A DNA stretch of 64,000 nt from Pseudovirgaria hyperparasitica (Eukaryota): assembly GCA_010093815.1 (NCBI GenBank), contig ML996585.1; one strand, written 5' to 3'. How positions within the stretch are numbered: the stretch's first letter is position 1; each line of letters begins with the position of its first letter. Positions 1-14,095 of the stretch are shown in pieces. The position numbers and the translations under genes were made by a program. The notes under the pieces are model-generated. The model saw nothing but the letters and a program-made list of their open reading frames with translations, was not told where the DNA came from and did not search any database.

Positions 1-1844
1 ATAAAGATAGTTAAGGGTTTAGAATATAAGAAATTAGATTCTTCTAATCTAACTTAGATTATAGCTTTAGAGATAGAGATATTATTTTTACTAGTTAGAA
101 TATATATATATATAGTATATATATCTTCCTTAACTAGATTAAAGATACTACTATAGCTAGAGAAACTAAAACTATTAAGTTAAAAATCTCTTAGTATCTA
201 TAAGAATATACTCTTAAGTAGTTTATATTATAATTATCTAATCTTAAGAAGAAAGTACTCTATTACTTATCTAGTTTAGATACCTAGACTATAGTCTTAA
301 TTAAGTAGTTTAAGTAGCTATTATCTAATACTCTATTATCTCTTATAATATAAAGATATACTCTCTAATAGGCCCGCTTCTAAACTAACGTTACTTTATA
401 TATATATACTATAGCTTATAATTATAGTACTATATAACTATTAGGCCCTTCTAGCTAAAACGCTTAGATATTTATATAGAATAGTATTAATATTCTTCTT
501 TACTAGGGTCTACCTCTACTAATAGAATCTATATCTCTAGTCTAATTTATATAGACTCTATAAGTAAAATATAAAGAATAGTACTAACTTATCTACTATT
601 ATCTTAGTAGTATATAGTATAATACTTTAAGTTAATTTACTTAATAAGAAAGAGAAGATAGTTAATATAATGGCTCTTATTACTATAACTTACCTTAACT
701 ATTTAGTAACTCTTAAGACTAGAGCTAGTCTAATAGCTATTATCTTATAACTAATTAACCTAATTAACGCTATAACTTATACTAGTTCTACCCTTTATAG
801 TAGTTCTAATAAGAATTAGAAGGTTTAGATAAAGATAGTTAAAAGATATTAGCTAATATATATTAGCTACTAGCTATAACTAGTACTTCTATAGATTATT
901 CTACTAGTTCTAGAATAGCTAATAAGCTCTATACTAGCTAGTCTTAGTCTCTTAGTAATAATAGACGGTTTATCTAACTACTATAACCGTTCTACTAGGT
1001 ATATAATATTTAGAAAGAATTATATAATCTAGATATTAAAGATACTTACTATATAGAGGTTAAAGAAGCTTTCTTCTACCTTAGACTAACTAATATAGAT
1101 ACTATTAAACTAGTATAGTTTAGTAATAAAACCGGTCTTACTAGCCTTAATCTACTATCTAGTAATATTAATAAGAGTCTACCTTTATAATTTATAGTAT
1201 ACTAAGTAACTAATATATATCTAGTATACTAGATCTAATATAACGTTTATAATAAGGTATTTCTATTATAAGATAAGCTATTAAAGTATCTTAAGAATAG
1301 AAAGTACCTTAAGATAATAGTAAATACTAAGGTTCCTCTATATAATTATATAGTTCTAAGATTAGACGTTATATATTATAATATCTAGAGTAATATAGTA
1401 CTATTATTAGTTAATAGTCTACTAGATACCGGCTAAGTATATAAAGAATTATACTATATCTAAGTTAAGGCCTTACTTAGTCTTAACGGCCCTATTAAAT
1501 ATATCTATCTAGATATAGAAAGTATTATAATACTAATTAACTAAGCTTTTCTTAAATAGTAGAACTCTAATATCTAAATACTTATCTAACTAGCTATTTC
1601 TATTTAGAGAGTAGAGGGAGTTAAGTCTATAAAGTCGACTAAATTTATAGTTATTATACTATTTCTCCTAGGCCGAACGTCTAATAGTTTAACTACTATA
1701 ACTATAAAAGTAATATATAAGGTATATATCCTTAACTATCTATAGGTAGATCTCCTTCTTAGAATAGACGTTATAGTACCTTAGAAGATAGATATCTATA
1801 TAAGTATATATATTTCTATAGAATCTTATAAAAAGATATAAGTT
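1..1844 (+). pseudogene. Family B gag/protease relic
   Basis: De-RIP reading 'ICLDTGSTMTLIDQAFL' at ~1503-1553 (aspartic protease DTG motif). Many RIP stop codons. Confidence 0.6.
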
Positions 1845-2102
1845 CCCGCTAGCGTCCTTACTAAAACCACGACTAAAAAACTACCTTTTCCCTTATAATA
1901 AATTAACCACGCCCTTAATTAAAAATCGATACTAATAAATCGTGCTCCTAGCTACGCCGAGTAATTCTATATACTTTTTATAACTTATAGGCGCGGCGTT
2001 ATAGACGAGTTCTAGTTATAAGTCTCTAGTATCGTGTTTAGTAGTAGCTTGAAAATTCGTACGTCTTAGCCGTGGATTTTCCGGCGTACCTTAGTACCTT
2101 AG

Positions 2103-2340
2103 TATTAGGACGGGAACCATAATAGACCTATATGGACCATTCTAATCCATGCAGCCACGTAGTAGCTAGAGCTAGGTTGAGTTAGCTAAGTTAAGCGAGG
2201 TCACTATATAAGTAGACCGTATAAACCGATTCCTACTTATTAGGAATTAACCTTGTATAAGAGTAAGATTACTCTATAAATACATTCCTATATCTCTCTA
2301 TGAACTATTAGACTACTATCCCACGTCTTTACTCTTTATA
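2103..2340 (+). repeat. 5' LTR of A1
   Basis: Direct repeat of 9919-10156, 16241-16478 and 24044-24281. TG...CA ends are RIP-changed to TA...TA. Contains TATATAAG. Confidence 0.97.
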
Positions 2341-2381
2341 TTTTAATTCCTCTCTATATAGCACGATAGTAGCTTATAGAG

Positions 2382-3764
2382 ATAGCTCCTACTACGCGCC
2401 ATAATACCCGTAGTACTACCTTATATAAGAGACTCTCTCTAAATCTAAATAAAGAGAATAGTCTCCCTACGACCACCTCCACTAATAAGTATACCCTATA
2501 GGCTATCGCACTAATAACTAGTACGGTATTCCATATAACTATAGAAGATTATCTAGATAATAAGGAAGGAGTCTATTATACTCCATCGCGGTCTAGTTTA
2601 TACTATACTAGACCCATCCTTACTATAAGACTAGACCCTATTAACGTTAACGAATTAATTTATTAGAACCGACTAACGTTAACCACGCCTTACAACAACA
2701 TATATACTAAGCTACACACAGAGAGATAGCGTTAGACTTAGCTCAAGTAGTAACTTCGCGAACTTAACAAAGCACAAGAACAAACCGCTAGACTCGAAGC
2801 CGTACTACGCGCTTTAGTACTAGTAGTAACTAACCTATACTAATATAGACTAACTTAAGCCGAAATAGTCTAACTAAGTCTATTACTATTCTAGTTACCT
2901 TAGCCTAAGAAACTACCTTACTTTAACGGTAAAACTAGGAGGAGCTTTCACGAATAGGCTTACTAGTATAGCCAATTCTTCCACCTATTTACGAACGATA
3001 GTAATAAGATTAGGTTCGTATAGAACTACCTAGACCTAATACTATCTAAACGTTAGATAGTATATCGAATTAAATACCCTAAGGATACGCATAACTAGGA
3101 CACGTTCACCGAATTCCTTCTTTAATACTTTGGCAATAGAGCCGAGTAATACGAATAGACTTAGAGCTATATCTTTAAGACTTAATAGCGAGAGAGATAA
3201 TCCCCGTTATAACTCCTTAAATACCTTCAACCTCTTTAGAGAGAAGCCGAGGAAGATTATATAGTTCGATAATATAATAACTTTAAAAGGTCCCTTAACC
3301 CAAGCGTAAAGGAACGCATTAACCTTATAACGTCTATCTCTACTAACCTTTAGACACTCGCGAATCTCGTAGAACGATATTAGTATATAATAAATAACTA
3401 ACGTTATATAGGCGCACGACTATCCCTATTAATCTAATCTAATATAAAATCATCTAAAGAGGACCGGTTTAGTAATAGATCGCGCGGAATACCTTATAGG
3501 CGCTACTACTCTACGAACTCGAGAAGACAAGGCCCGTACTACGAATCTTTCCACTAGTCGATATATCGAGACGCAAGAAACGACTCGTATAAACGACCTA
3601 AAGTTACCTACTATATCTATGGTAGAATAGGCCATATAGTACCCAAGTACCGCTTAGGGAAACTACCGAATACTAATATAGATACTAAGTTAGTTATATA
3701 CTATAAGTGCTAGTAGCTAGGATATATCGCGCCTAACTACCCGGTATATAATATAAAAAACTAA
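2382..3764 (+). pseudogene. gag: A1 gag relic with CCHC zinc knuckle
   Basis: De-RIP 'CYKCQQPGHIAPNCP' at ~3699-3743. The ATG is intact in the A3 homologue (33750). Ends in AAAAAAC-TAA. Confidence 0.85.
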
Positions 3765-6700
3765 CTATCTATAAGGAACCCTCGCGACTTATAGGCGTAA
3801 CTAAAATAGAGAGATAACTAGCTAACTAGTATATCGAACTATAGGCTAGGCCTATCAAGGTCCCTCGTAGATAATATTAGACCATAATACTTAATAGCGG
3901 TTTAGCTACTAACGTTATATCGACTTAACGAGTATAAGAACTTAACGTCGATATTTAAGTACTAATAGATGCTACCTTCCATAGTATTAATAGTCCTATT
4001 AAATTATAGAGTACCTATACTATTAAATATAGTATCTAGGATAGCGGGGGGAAGTAGAAACCCTACTACTTAACCTTTATCGTGGTAGATAGTCCCTTCG
4101 ATATGATTCTTAGTATACTATAGCTTAAAAAATATAACCCGAAACTGGACTTTATCTAGAAAACAGCTGGCTGGCGCATATACCTACTATAATAGAACCT
4201 AGTATAGCTAGTTAACGATAAATAATTCTAGAAGGACTATGAAAAGGTAATCTCCGCTATCTACGTCCTCTTACTTACTTAAAATAGAGAGCTTAGTATT
4301 AAAGTAGACGAAAACCTACTATATTAGTATAAAATATACTAATATATCGCGTTAGCGATCGACTCGTCCGAATTACCTTAATACCAATCTAACGACCTTA
4401 CTATTAACCTTAAAGATGGTTAATAACCTCTATACGGACCTATCTACCCTCTATTAGAACCCGAGCTATAGGTCCTCTAAGAATATATCGAAAAGAACCT
4501 TATATAAGAATAGATTAGGCCTAGTATATCTCTAGCCGGAGCTCTAATCCTCTTTATAAAGAAGAAGGATAGAAGTCTCTATCTATATATTAACTACCAT
4601 AGCCTAAATAATATTATACGAAAGAATCGTTACCTACTACCTCTTATCTCTAAGTCTATTAATAGACTAGGACGCGTGAAAATCTTTACTAAGCTCGATC
4701 TACGCGACACCTACTACCGCCTATATATTAAGAAGGGCGATAAGTGGAAAATGGTATTTAGGACCCGTTATAGATACTTTGAGTATATAGTAGTCCCTTT
4801 TAGACTAACTAACGCGCTAGGAACCTTCTAAGCGTATATTAATAACGCGCTAGTAGGTCTACTCGACACGACGTGCATCGTATACCTCGATAATATTCTT
4901 ATCTTCTCTAATAATAAAGAAGAATACATCTAGCACGTACACGTAGTCCTAGATAGGCTAGAAAAATATAAGCTATATATTAAGCTATCTAAATGCGAGT
5001 TCTACTAGAACCACGTTAACTTCCTTAGCTTTATTATTACTAATTAAGGTATAACTATAGAAAGGGATAGGGTCGCTACTATCGTAGACTAGCCTAAACT
5101 AAAATCGGTTTAAGATATACGTGTCTTCATCGGATTCGCCAATTACTACTAAAAATTTATTAAGTATTTCTCCCGGCTAGTAGCACCGCTTAACGCGCGT
5201 ACTACTACTATAGATTCGTCTATTACGGTCCGCGGTAGATAGAAACAGCGTAATATTAAATCGTAGCCTATAGAATTATTAGAAGACGAAAGGGCCTCCT
5301 TTAAGAAAATTAAAGAGGCATTTATAACTACTCTATTACTAGTGTACTTCGACCTAACTAAACCTATCCGCGTTAAAACCGACGCGTTAGAATTTATAAT
5401 CTTAGATATTCTCTTCTAGCCTAGACTAACTAAGTCTAAAAAGGTCTAATAGTATCTAGTTACGTTCTTCTTACGTAAAATGGTTAATATTAAGACTAGA
5501 TATACTATCTATAACTAAGAGCTACTAGTAATAGTAGAGTCGTTTAAATAGTAGCGATATTATCTTAAAGATACTATATATAACGTCGAGTTACTAACTA
5601 ATTACTATAACTTAAAGGGGTTTATAAGCACGACGGTTTTAAACCGTCGATAGGTCTAATAGGCTAAGTAGCTTACGAACTTTTACTTTATAATCTACTA
5701 TCGACCTAGAAGTATAAACCTAGCTAATAGAATATTAAGAAGACCTAACTATAAAGAAGGCGCCTAGGATTATAGTAGCTATAGGGTCCTAGAGTAGCTA
5801 TAGGCCTAACTCTTAAGGATGAGGTTAGATTTTAAGTTATTAGGTAATTAGCGAGATACTAACGTCGATGCTAGTAATTAAATCTCTAAGACCGAAGCCG
5901 GTAACTAAAGACATGGTACTAAAGTCCCTAGTAGGCCGTTTATTAGCGCTATCGGGAAGGGCGATAATACCTAGCGTAAATATCTAATCAACCTCGCCTA
6001 GTTAATCGTGGATCTATAGAAGACAGACCCGATAGTTTTAAAGTTATATAAAATATAGTAAGATAGGTTATTACGGACTAAAGTAGACTATAAGTAGACC
6101 GCTATAGACGGCTTACTTTACTATAATAGAAAGTACTATATACTAACGGGTAACGCGTAATTTAACGTAGTTAGCTAATACTATAACGCTAACCTAGTAG
6201 GATACTTTAGGTATATACGTACCCTAAGCTTAATTCGTTAGTACTATTTTTAGGAAGATATACCTAAGTACGTCGAAGAATAGATAGCTACTTATCTAAT
6301 TTATTAAAGAACGAAGGCCCCTAGGTATAAGCCATATAGGAATTTATAGCCTCTTTTAGCCTCCCTCTTTATGTAGAAAGACGTTACTATAGACTTTATA
6401 GTTAACTTATCTCTAAGTGAGATGCTTAGAATAAGTTATAATTCTATTCTTATTATCGTAGATAGACTTATAAAGATATCTAGGTATATCCTAGTATAGA
6501 AGACGATTACATCTAAAGAACTAGCGTAGGTGTTCTAGAACGAGATTATTAAGGTCCATAGTATACTAAAAAGGATTATTATAGACTAAGGAAGTACCTT
6601 CACGTCCAAATTCTAGATGTTATTCTACGAAATAGTAAGTATAAATAGGAACATGTCTATAGTATTTTATCCTTAGATAGATAGCTAGATAGAGTAATAG

Positions 6701-7621
6701 AACTAGACGCTCGAGGCCTATCTACGTGTATTCTATAATTTCGAGTAGGACGACTAGGCCTCCCTACTAAGTATAGTAGAGTTCGTATATAATAATAGTC
6801 GTTATAGTATAATAGGTATTATACCTTTCTAGGCGAACCTCGGACGTAGTCTAAGGATAGGTTTTAAGCCTTAGACGGTCTAATTTAATCGAATAACAGA
6901 CGTGAACGTCTACGCTTAGGAATTAGCGATTAAAATCTTTAAAACCGTATATAACTATCGCGCTATAATCTAATAAGTAAACGACTCGTATACGAAGTAC
7001 TATAATAGATTAGCTAAGGATTAGACGTATAAGGAGGGCGACGAGGTCCTTCTTAATATCTATAATATATAAATATCGCGAGTAAATAAGAAGCTCGATT
7101 ATAAAATAGCTAGTCCCTTCCGAATTAAACGTTATATCGGTATAAGAGTCTACGAGCTCGACTTAGGAAGCGATATAAGAATCCATAACGTGTTCCACGT
7201 CTTACTACTCGAAAGATTTCGATCTAACGTGTATGGCCGTACGAACGTGTAGTTATACTCTATTATACCCTAAGATAGACTAGACGTGTTCGAAGTAGAC
7301 TATATTATTAAATATAGAATCGATAAAGACGGTATTTAGAATTATAGAATCTATTAGAAGGACTATACTAAGGACGAGGACACCTAGGAACTAGTAGTAT
7401 ATATCTTAAGTTCTATAATGGCTACGTATAAGTAAAAGATATAGAATAGTGTATTATTAATGTAAGTATAGTAACGTCGCGATTATTATAAAAAGAAGAA
7501 GGATACTATAGAGAACGAAGTACTAAACTAGGAAATCTAGACGCGCACTAGGAAAACTCTATATAGTAGCCCTATAATTTAAGCGTCGCACGGTTACTAG
7601 ATATAAAGAAAGCGTAAATAA
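3760..7621 (+). pseudogene. pol: A1 pol relic (protease, RT, RNase H, integrase, chromodomain)
   Basis: LDSG at ~3890; 'KIFTKLDLRD', 'FRTRYG' and YLDD (tacctcgataat, 4882); 'RVETDAS'; 'MDFIV', 'HNVFHVSLLE'; chromodomain 'EDEDTWEP' at ~7375. Confidence 0.92.
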
Positions 7622-8018
7622 CTATTTTAGAAACGTAACGCGATATACCATAATAGAATAATATAGAGGAGTCTAGAATAGACTAATATGGACCATTATA
7701 CACGAGAAAAACATAGGACTAAGAACCTAAAAAAAGGTACCCTACCATAGAATTAAACTCTTAATATAAAATATAAAAGGTTAGAGTACCCGAACTAATA
7801 ACTACTAGGCTACTAGTTTAGGTACTCTAATAGAATTTATAGAGATAAACCAATTTATATACGGTGCCTATACTTAGGTAACTTAAGGAAAATTAGAATA
7901 TAGAAACCGATAGTTATAAGCTAAGCGAGCGCATATATAATATCGTTAAGTTAAGAATTAAATTACTAGAAACTAGCCGACGGGTATCTAAATAGTCTAA
8001 AAAGAACTAAAACGGATA

Positions 8019-8130
8019 AGAGCCAGGCATAGAGCCAATATATAGAGCTAGGCATAGAGCTAACATATAGAGCTAGACCATAGAGCCAATATATAGAGCC
8101 AAACCTATAGAGCTAGAACTATAGAGCTAC
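8019..8130. repeat. Tandem 12-14-bp AGAGC(C/T)A-containing repeat in the A 3' region
   Basis: About 9 units in A1, fewer in A2 (~22170-22254) and A3 (~39400-39450). Confidence 0.8.
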
Positions 8131-9439
8131 TCCTCTATCTTATTATCCGTCCTAACCTCTAGTATAGTCCTCTCTAACTATATAATATAGTAGTAGAGGA
8201 TAATAACCTTAGCCTCTAGAGTAATAATCTAATCCGTTAGAGCCTAGAGGGAAGAGCCTTAAGCGCCGGAGCGTAGCGACTAGGTCTAAAGTTAGCTAAC
8301 ACGATCTAGAATAATCTAGAAGAGAATATATACTCTCTTATAAGGCGACTTAGAGGGAGAAATAGTAGACCTCTTATAAGATCTATTAGTAGCGCGAGAC
8401 GGATAGGGGGGGATAGAGCGAATTCTCTCTACGGCCTCTATAGCTAGGATAGACTCCCTAGAATAGGTAGCCTAGGCGCTAGGGATCTCGCGGCGGCTAG
8501 AAAAATCAATAGGTGTTAAAAATAATTAATGTACTCGTAACTTATACTTTAATAACCTCTAGGAAGAGCTTATAGCGCTCTCTAAACTCCCTCTATATAG
8601 TAGATAGACAGCTATAAGGACCCCCGAGGGTCTTACGGATGCGAAGATCGTTATATGTATCTTATATATATATAGGAACCTAAGAATGTATTAGCGCGGA
8701 CTACTTTAGATTATACTAGATTAAGATAGCCTATTATACTTACCTATAGATAAGTCTTACTAGTTATAGTATAGCGGCGGTAGCGGGTAGATAGAGTAAA
8801 GATAGGGCGTATAGGCCTATCGTAGTTAGTAGAGTAGTAGCTAATACTAGAGTTAGAGCGAAAGAGATATTTAGAGCCGGCCGTATGGTCCTTAATATAC
8901 TTATAGTATATTAAACCGTAGTTCGCCGTTCTTCTATAGTATAAACCGTAACTACGTTTAGTATCCTCGGCGACCTAGGCCTTATTATTAGTAGACTAGG
9001 GTTTAGAGCGAATATTAAGGTTCTAAAAGGACCTAGAGTAACTAAATCGGTCTATATTAGACCGGAAGGAAGAGCGGTAAGGTAGCGGCGTGGGTAAGCG
9101 CAAGGGCTCGCGATTATTATCTATAATAAGATCTTCTTTATCCTCTAGAGAAGATAGAGTAGACGGTATACGCTTTAGAGCGAGAGGAGAACCTACGACC
9201 ACTTTATCTATAAGTTTAGTACTAGAATTACCTAGATTAGAGCGACTAGTAGCTATATTAGTAGTAGAGGCAGTAGTAGTAGTAGCCCTAGCTACTCTCT
9301 TCTCCGACTTAGAGCGCGCCTTTATACTACCGTAATAGGTAGGCTTCTTAGCTAGCGTAGCCGGGGAGGAGGCGATGCCTTTAGAGCGAGTCTTACGAGA
9401 GAAGGAGGTAGGCTTAGAGATAGGACTAGTATTAGATAT
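8127..9439 (-). pseudogene. Antisense spliced accessory gene of A1 (Cys6 zinc-cluster-like plus coiled coil, ~381 aa after de-RIP)
   Basis: Exons 9439-8744, 8679-8546, 8496-8334, 8279-8127. Introns of 64, 49 and 54 nt with GT(A/G)-type donors (intron 2 donor mutated), branch-like CTAAT/TTAAC/CTAAC and YAG acceptors. Exon lengths sum to 1146 nt, in frame. Confidence 0.8.
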
Positions 9440-9918
9440 CTATATATACACGTTAGCTAGAGATCTAAGGAAGGAATATTCGTCTACCCTTAACAGCGAT
9501 TAACGAAGCTAAATTAGTGACCGTAATAACGCGAATAGGTTACATAGGACCGGTTCTAATAAGAATAGACCACTATAGACTCTTCTAAACCTAAACTAGG
9601 GAAGATAGTATATAAATTAACGACTTACCTTAAGAGCGAGGTGGATATACTAGAGAATAAAATCAAAGGCGAGCGAAGCTAAATATATACTTAACTAAAG
9701 TAGTAATTATATATCCTAGGTAGTAGCCACGAAGCAAGGGATAAGCGCGTGTATAAACTAGTAAAAGTAAACTAGAATCTCGAGTTTACCTATATTAAGG
9801 ATAGTTATAACGTTATAGAAACTTAGTTACGAATATATAGGTACACGATAGATTATAGAGACTTAGAATTATATATACTTAAGTACTTTAGGGCGAAGCA
9901 TAAAAAGAAGAAGGATAT

Positions 9919-10156
9919 TATTAGGACGGGAACTATAATAGATCTATATAGACTATTCTAATCCATGTAGCCACGTAGTGGCCAGAGCTGGGTTAAGTTA
10001 GCTAAGTTAAGTAAGGTTACTATATAAGTAGACCGTATAAACCGATTCCTACTCGTTAGGAATTAACCTCGTATAAGAGTGAGATTACTCTATAAATACA
10101 TTCCTATGTCTCTCTATGAACTGTTAGACTACTATCCCACGTCTTTACTCTTTATA
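9919..10156 (+). repeat. 3' LTR of A1
   Basis: Matches the 5' LTR. Preceded by the PPT and followed by TSD CTTAG. Confidence 0.97.
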
Positions 10157-10236
10157 CTTAGTACCTTAAATTAAGACTACACGTAGTCTACTAGCCGTAG
10201 GCCACCCTAGTAATAACTATTAGTATATATAGCGGG

Positions 10237-12370
10237 ATTACTATACTAACCTTTACTACTACTATTTAACTAGTAGTACACTAGGGAGTAACTGTTTTAT
10301 AGTATACTATTCTCTAGCTATAAATACTTATACTAGTTCTAATTATAATCTATTACTAGTATAAGTTAGCTATAAAAGATTATATATTTACTCTAATATA
10401 TATAAGTATAAGACTTAGTTAGAGTAGAGGTATCTATATATATCTTACTAACTAAAATATAGTATATATATTTATTATAAACTATAGATTTAGATTAGTA
10501 TATATAAATAAAAATATAAGACTTAGTATATTAATAGACGAAATAGATACTCTCTATATATTTTAGACTAAAGTAGTCCCTTTAGATAGTATAGAGGGAT
10601 TATCTATAAAGCTTACTTAGCTTAATAAAGTTAAATAGATAGGCGCGTTTAGTATAAAAATTTATACTAAAGATAAAGTAACTATCTAGAAGTTTAATAA
10701 TATTATCTAAAGTTATACTAACTTATTTTATAATACTAGACTTATAAATATTCTAGAGAAAGACTAGATATATATCCTCTAGTAAGTAACTAGAAACTAA
10801 CTAGTATAAAGCTAAGCTACTATATCTATCTATTAGGGGTAAGTAGTAAGGCTATTATTAATAAGATATATAATAAGCTTTATATATAAGGTTATATAGA
10901 ATATCTAATATAGTTAATACTATTTAGTTTTCTAATATTTATTATATACTCTATAGTAAAGTTACTTATCTAGATATTATATAAGGATACTAGTCGGGTA
11001 GTTAGAGATATAAGAGACCTAAATAAAATTAGTATTAAGGACTTCTATCTATTACTACTCTAGGGCGATATTATCTAATATATAGCTAGAAAGAAGTTTA
11101 TATCTATCGTTAATATAGCTAGCTTCTTCTACTAGTGGCCGGTTACTAAGAAAGACTATTATAAACTAACGTTTATATTATACTAGGGCTAGAAGTAGTT
11201 AAATATTATTCTAATAGCTTTCTATAACTCTCTACTATATATATAGAGATAGATTAATAAGATCTTATATAAAGCTAGATATAAGGCGTTTGCTATAGTA
11301 TATATTAATAATATTTCTATATTTAGTAAGGAACTTAATAAGTATCTTAACTATCTTTAGTAGGTATTTACTATACTATAAGTAAGAAACTTAACACTTA
11401 AAGGTAAAAAGTATTACTTAGAATATCTATCTATTACTCTACTTAGTTAGAAGGTTAATACTTATAGACTCTCTACTATAGCTAAGAAATTAGTAGCTAT
11501 ATATAATCTTTAGTATTCTAACACGCTTAATAAGCTTAAATACTACCTTAGACTAACTAGTTAGTTACGGTAATATATACTATATTATACTTAACTTATC
11601 TAGAATCTATAGATAGAGAAAATATATCTTCTTAAAGAAGTACCTTTAGTAGAATATATATATATAGTATACTATAAATAAATAAAGATTACTTAAATAG
11701 ACTAGCTACTAGTATTCTAGAAGGGTATTTAGACTATCTTTACGGATAAGACTAAGCTTATCTACTATAATTTAAAATAATAGCTCTATATAGATATTAA
11801 TATATTAAAATATAGCTTTAGAGTCTTTACTTACTATATTAAAGAAGAAGCGGATAATATTATAAAGATTAGATAATTAGATATTAAGTCTATTCTATAC
11901 CTTAGTAAAGAACTCTCTATAGCTAAGTTATAGTACTAGCTAATAGAGCTTAAAGTAGTAGTAGTTATATAGACTATATACTAAATATACTATATAGTTA
12001 ATAGTTTAGACTAACTAATAATTATTATTACTAACTATATAGCTACTTTAAGTATTATTTAGTAGATAGTACTTATAAGCTTATTAGTTAATAAGCTAAA
12101 TCTCTAACTAGTATAGACCTTATAGTATCTATTATAGTTTAACCTAGAGCTTAAATATAGACTAGGTAAAGAGTATATAGTATCTAACACTCTTTCTTAG
12201 CTCTATTAGATCTATAATAGAGCCTAGCTAAGAGACTTAGATATTCTTAAGGAGCTCTTAATATTTAATATTATAATAGTTAAAATTAATCTGAAATTTA
12301 TAAGGTAACTAGCTAATATATATAATAATAATAAGTACTAGATAAGTATAAAAGCTATAGTACTAGACTA
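10237..12370 (+). pseudogene. pol: Family B RT/RNase H relic
   Basis: De-RIP 'DIRGLNKI..KDFYPLPLQGDII', 'DAASFFYQW', 'VYIDDI' (~11298), 'LYVDVDASK.GFG', 'YWPTELEV'. Confidence 0.85.
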
Positions 12371-12664
12371 ATTAAATACCTAACTATTATCTCGAAGGGA
12401 CTAGAACTAGTTAATTTAGGGCGATATAGCGATCTATAGATACTAATTAATAGAGTATACTAAGTATAATAACTTCCGACATATATATATACGTATAGTA
12501 TATAATATACGACGGTACTAATATATAGAGATACTATATATATATACTTAAAAACTCTTTAGAGTAATAAGTATAGACTACTACTAATAAACGCTAATAT
12601 ACTAACCCCCTTTATTAGTTAAGGGTAGCCCTTAACTAATAATTATAGCGGCCTTTAGCACTAA

Positions 12665-14095
12665 TATACCCTAACTTCTACCGGGTATACCCCTACTACT
12701 AGTATAATAGAAATAGCTATATAGTAGTATATTCTAGAACGACTAAACTACCGTCTAAAAAATAAAAAACGACTAGGGGTATAAAGTACTATAGATAACT
12801 AAGATAGGGAGAACTCCGCTTACGGATACTCTTATAGATAAGATTAAATACTAGATAGTATATATAGAGAGGGAGGTCGAGAAAGAAGAGACTACCCTTC
12901 TTAATATCTTCTAGAGCCTAGTCCGGAATATTAAGAGGCTTACTATAGAAGTAAAATAGATACTAGAAACGAGTCCGGGGTCTAGGCTAGACTAAATTAA
13001 GGCTAGTCTACTAAGGATCTAAGAAGGCCTTACCTAGAAGAGACGTCTAACTACTTAGATATAAGTCGCGGTACTATTAGATAGTATAACCGGGAGAACC
13101 TAAATACTAAGAATATCTATAGAAGAAGTATATAGCGTATAGATTACTATCTAGGATAAGAAAGTCCTTATATAGGTCTAGAAGGTATCTCTAAAGGATA
13201 TTATTAATAAGATTAATAAATAAAAAGAAATATAGTTAAATATAGTTATAGCTAAACTTACCCTAGGAGGTATAGTACTAACTACTACTACTAATATAGT
13301 CTAGTAGACTATCTTCCACGACCTAAACGTAATTAATAATATCTTCTCTAGTATATCCGTCCACGCTAATACATACCTAATATAGATATATATAGTTCCC
13401 GTCTAGGGATATATTATTAGCGCTAATAATATTAAGCGAATAGAATAATCTAACGACCGGAAATACCCTAGAATTAAGATTATAAAGGTGTAGTAGAAGA
13501 ACGTATAAGGAATTAAAGTAAAATTAAAAAAATATTCTACTATAATAGTAGAGCTCTAAGACTCTACCCTCGTCTATTAGATTATATAAGAAGGCTTCTT
13601 AGCTAAGGGAGAGTTACTTATAGCGGAACCATAGAATAGAGTATAGATAATAACCTAATACTTTAACTATTAGAGATATAGATATACTAGATAGAGGTAC
13701 TCTTAGAAAGCTACCTACGGATAGTACTAATAGAACTACTATATCTAGAAATATCTATATAAAGGATAGAAGAACTATATATATAATAAAGATACTACTA
13801 AGTACTCTAATTATAATAGAAACTACCCGTTATAGTTAGTAACGTATATAAAATATAGATAAGTTACTAACTATATTAACACTATAAAGGCGAGAGAGGC
13901 GAGGTAGATATACTAAGCTACGAGGCCCCTACTATCTACTCTAACCTTATCTATAACTATACTAACTAACCTATAAGAAGGAGAGGCTAACGTGTAATAG
14001 TATACTATATAGAGGAAGATAGGATAACCCTAGGGTATTCTTAAGGTAGCTACTATATAGGGATAGTTACGCCTTAACGCTACTAGTATATAGAC
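12665..14095 (+). pseudogene. LINE ORF1 (gag-like) relic
   Basis: De-RIP 'QCFNCQGYGHTGQRC' at ~13657-13700 followed by two more Cys/His knuckles. Ends approximate. Confidence 0.75.

Larger units (their letters stand above)
2103..10156 (+). mobile_element. Full-length Ty3/Gypsy chromovirus, copy A1 (8054 bp, RIP-inactivated)
   Basis: 238-bp LTRs at 2103-2340 and 9919-10156. TSD CTTAG at 2098-2102 and 10157-10161. Polypurine tract AAAAAGAAGAAGGA before the 3' LTR. gag-pol motifs present. Confidence 0.97.
1845..10236. mobile_element. Candidate ~330-bp non-autonomous element with short terminal inverted repeats (1845-2102 + 10162-10236), split by A1
   Basis: CCCGCTA at 1845-1851 and TAGCGGG at 10230-10236. 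The interior is CpG-richer than the flanking B sequence. No clean TSD (gtt vs att). Confidence 0.35.

Noticed and set aside
3450..3635. Supplied 61-aa minus-strand ORF
   Set aside because: Chance open frame antisense to A1 gag; not reported open in A2 or A3.
9090..9335. Supplied 81-aa plus-strand ORF with a hydrophobic end (possible env or membrane peptide)
   Set aside because: It is the opposite-strand shadow of the Thr/Ser-rich exon 1 of the antisense gene, and it has a non-ATG start.
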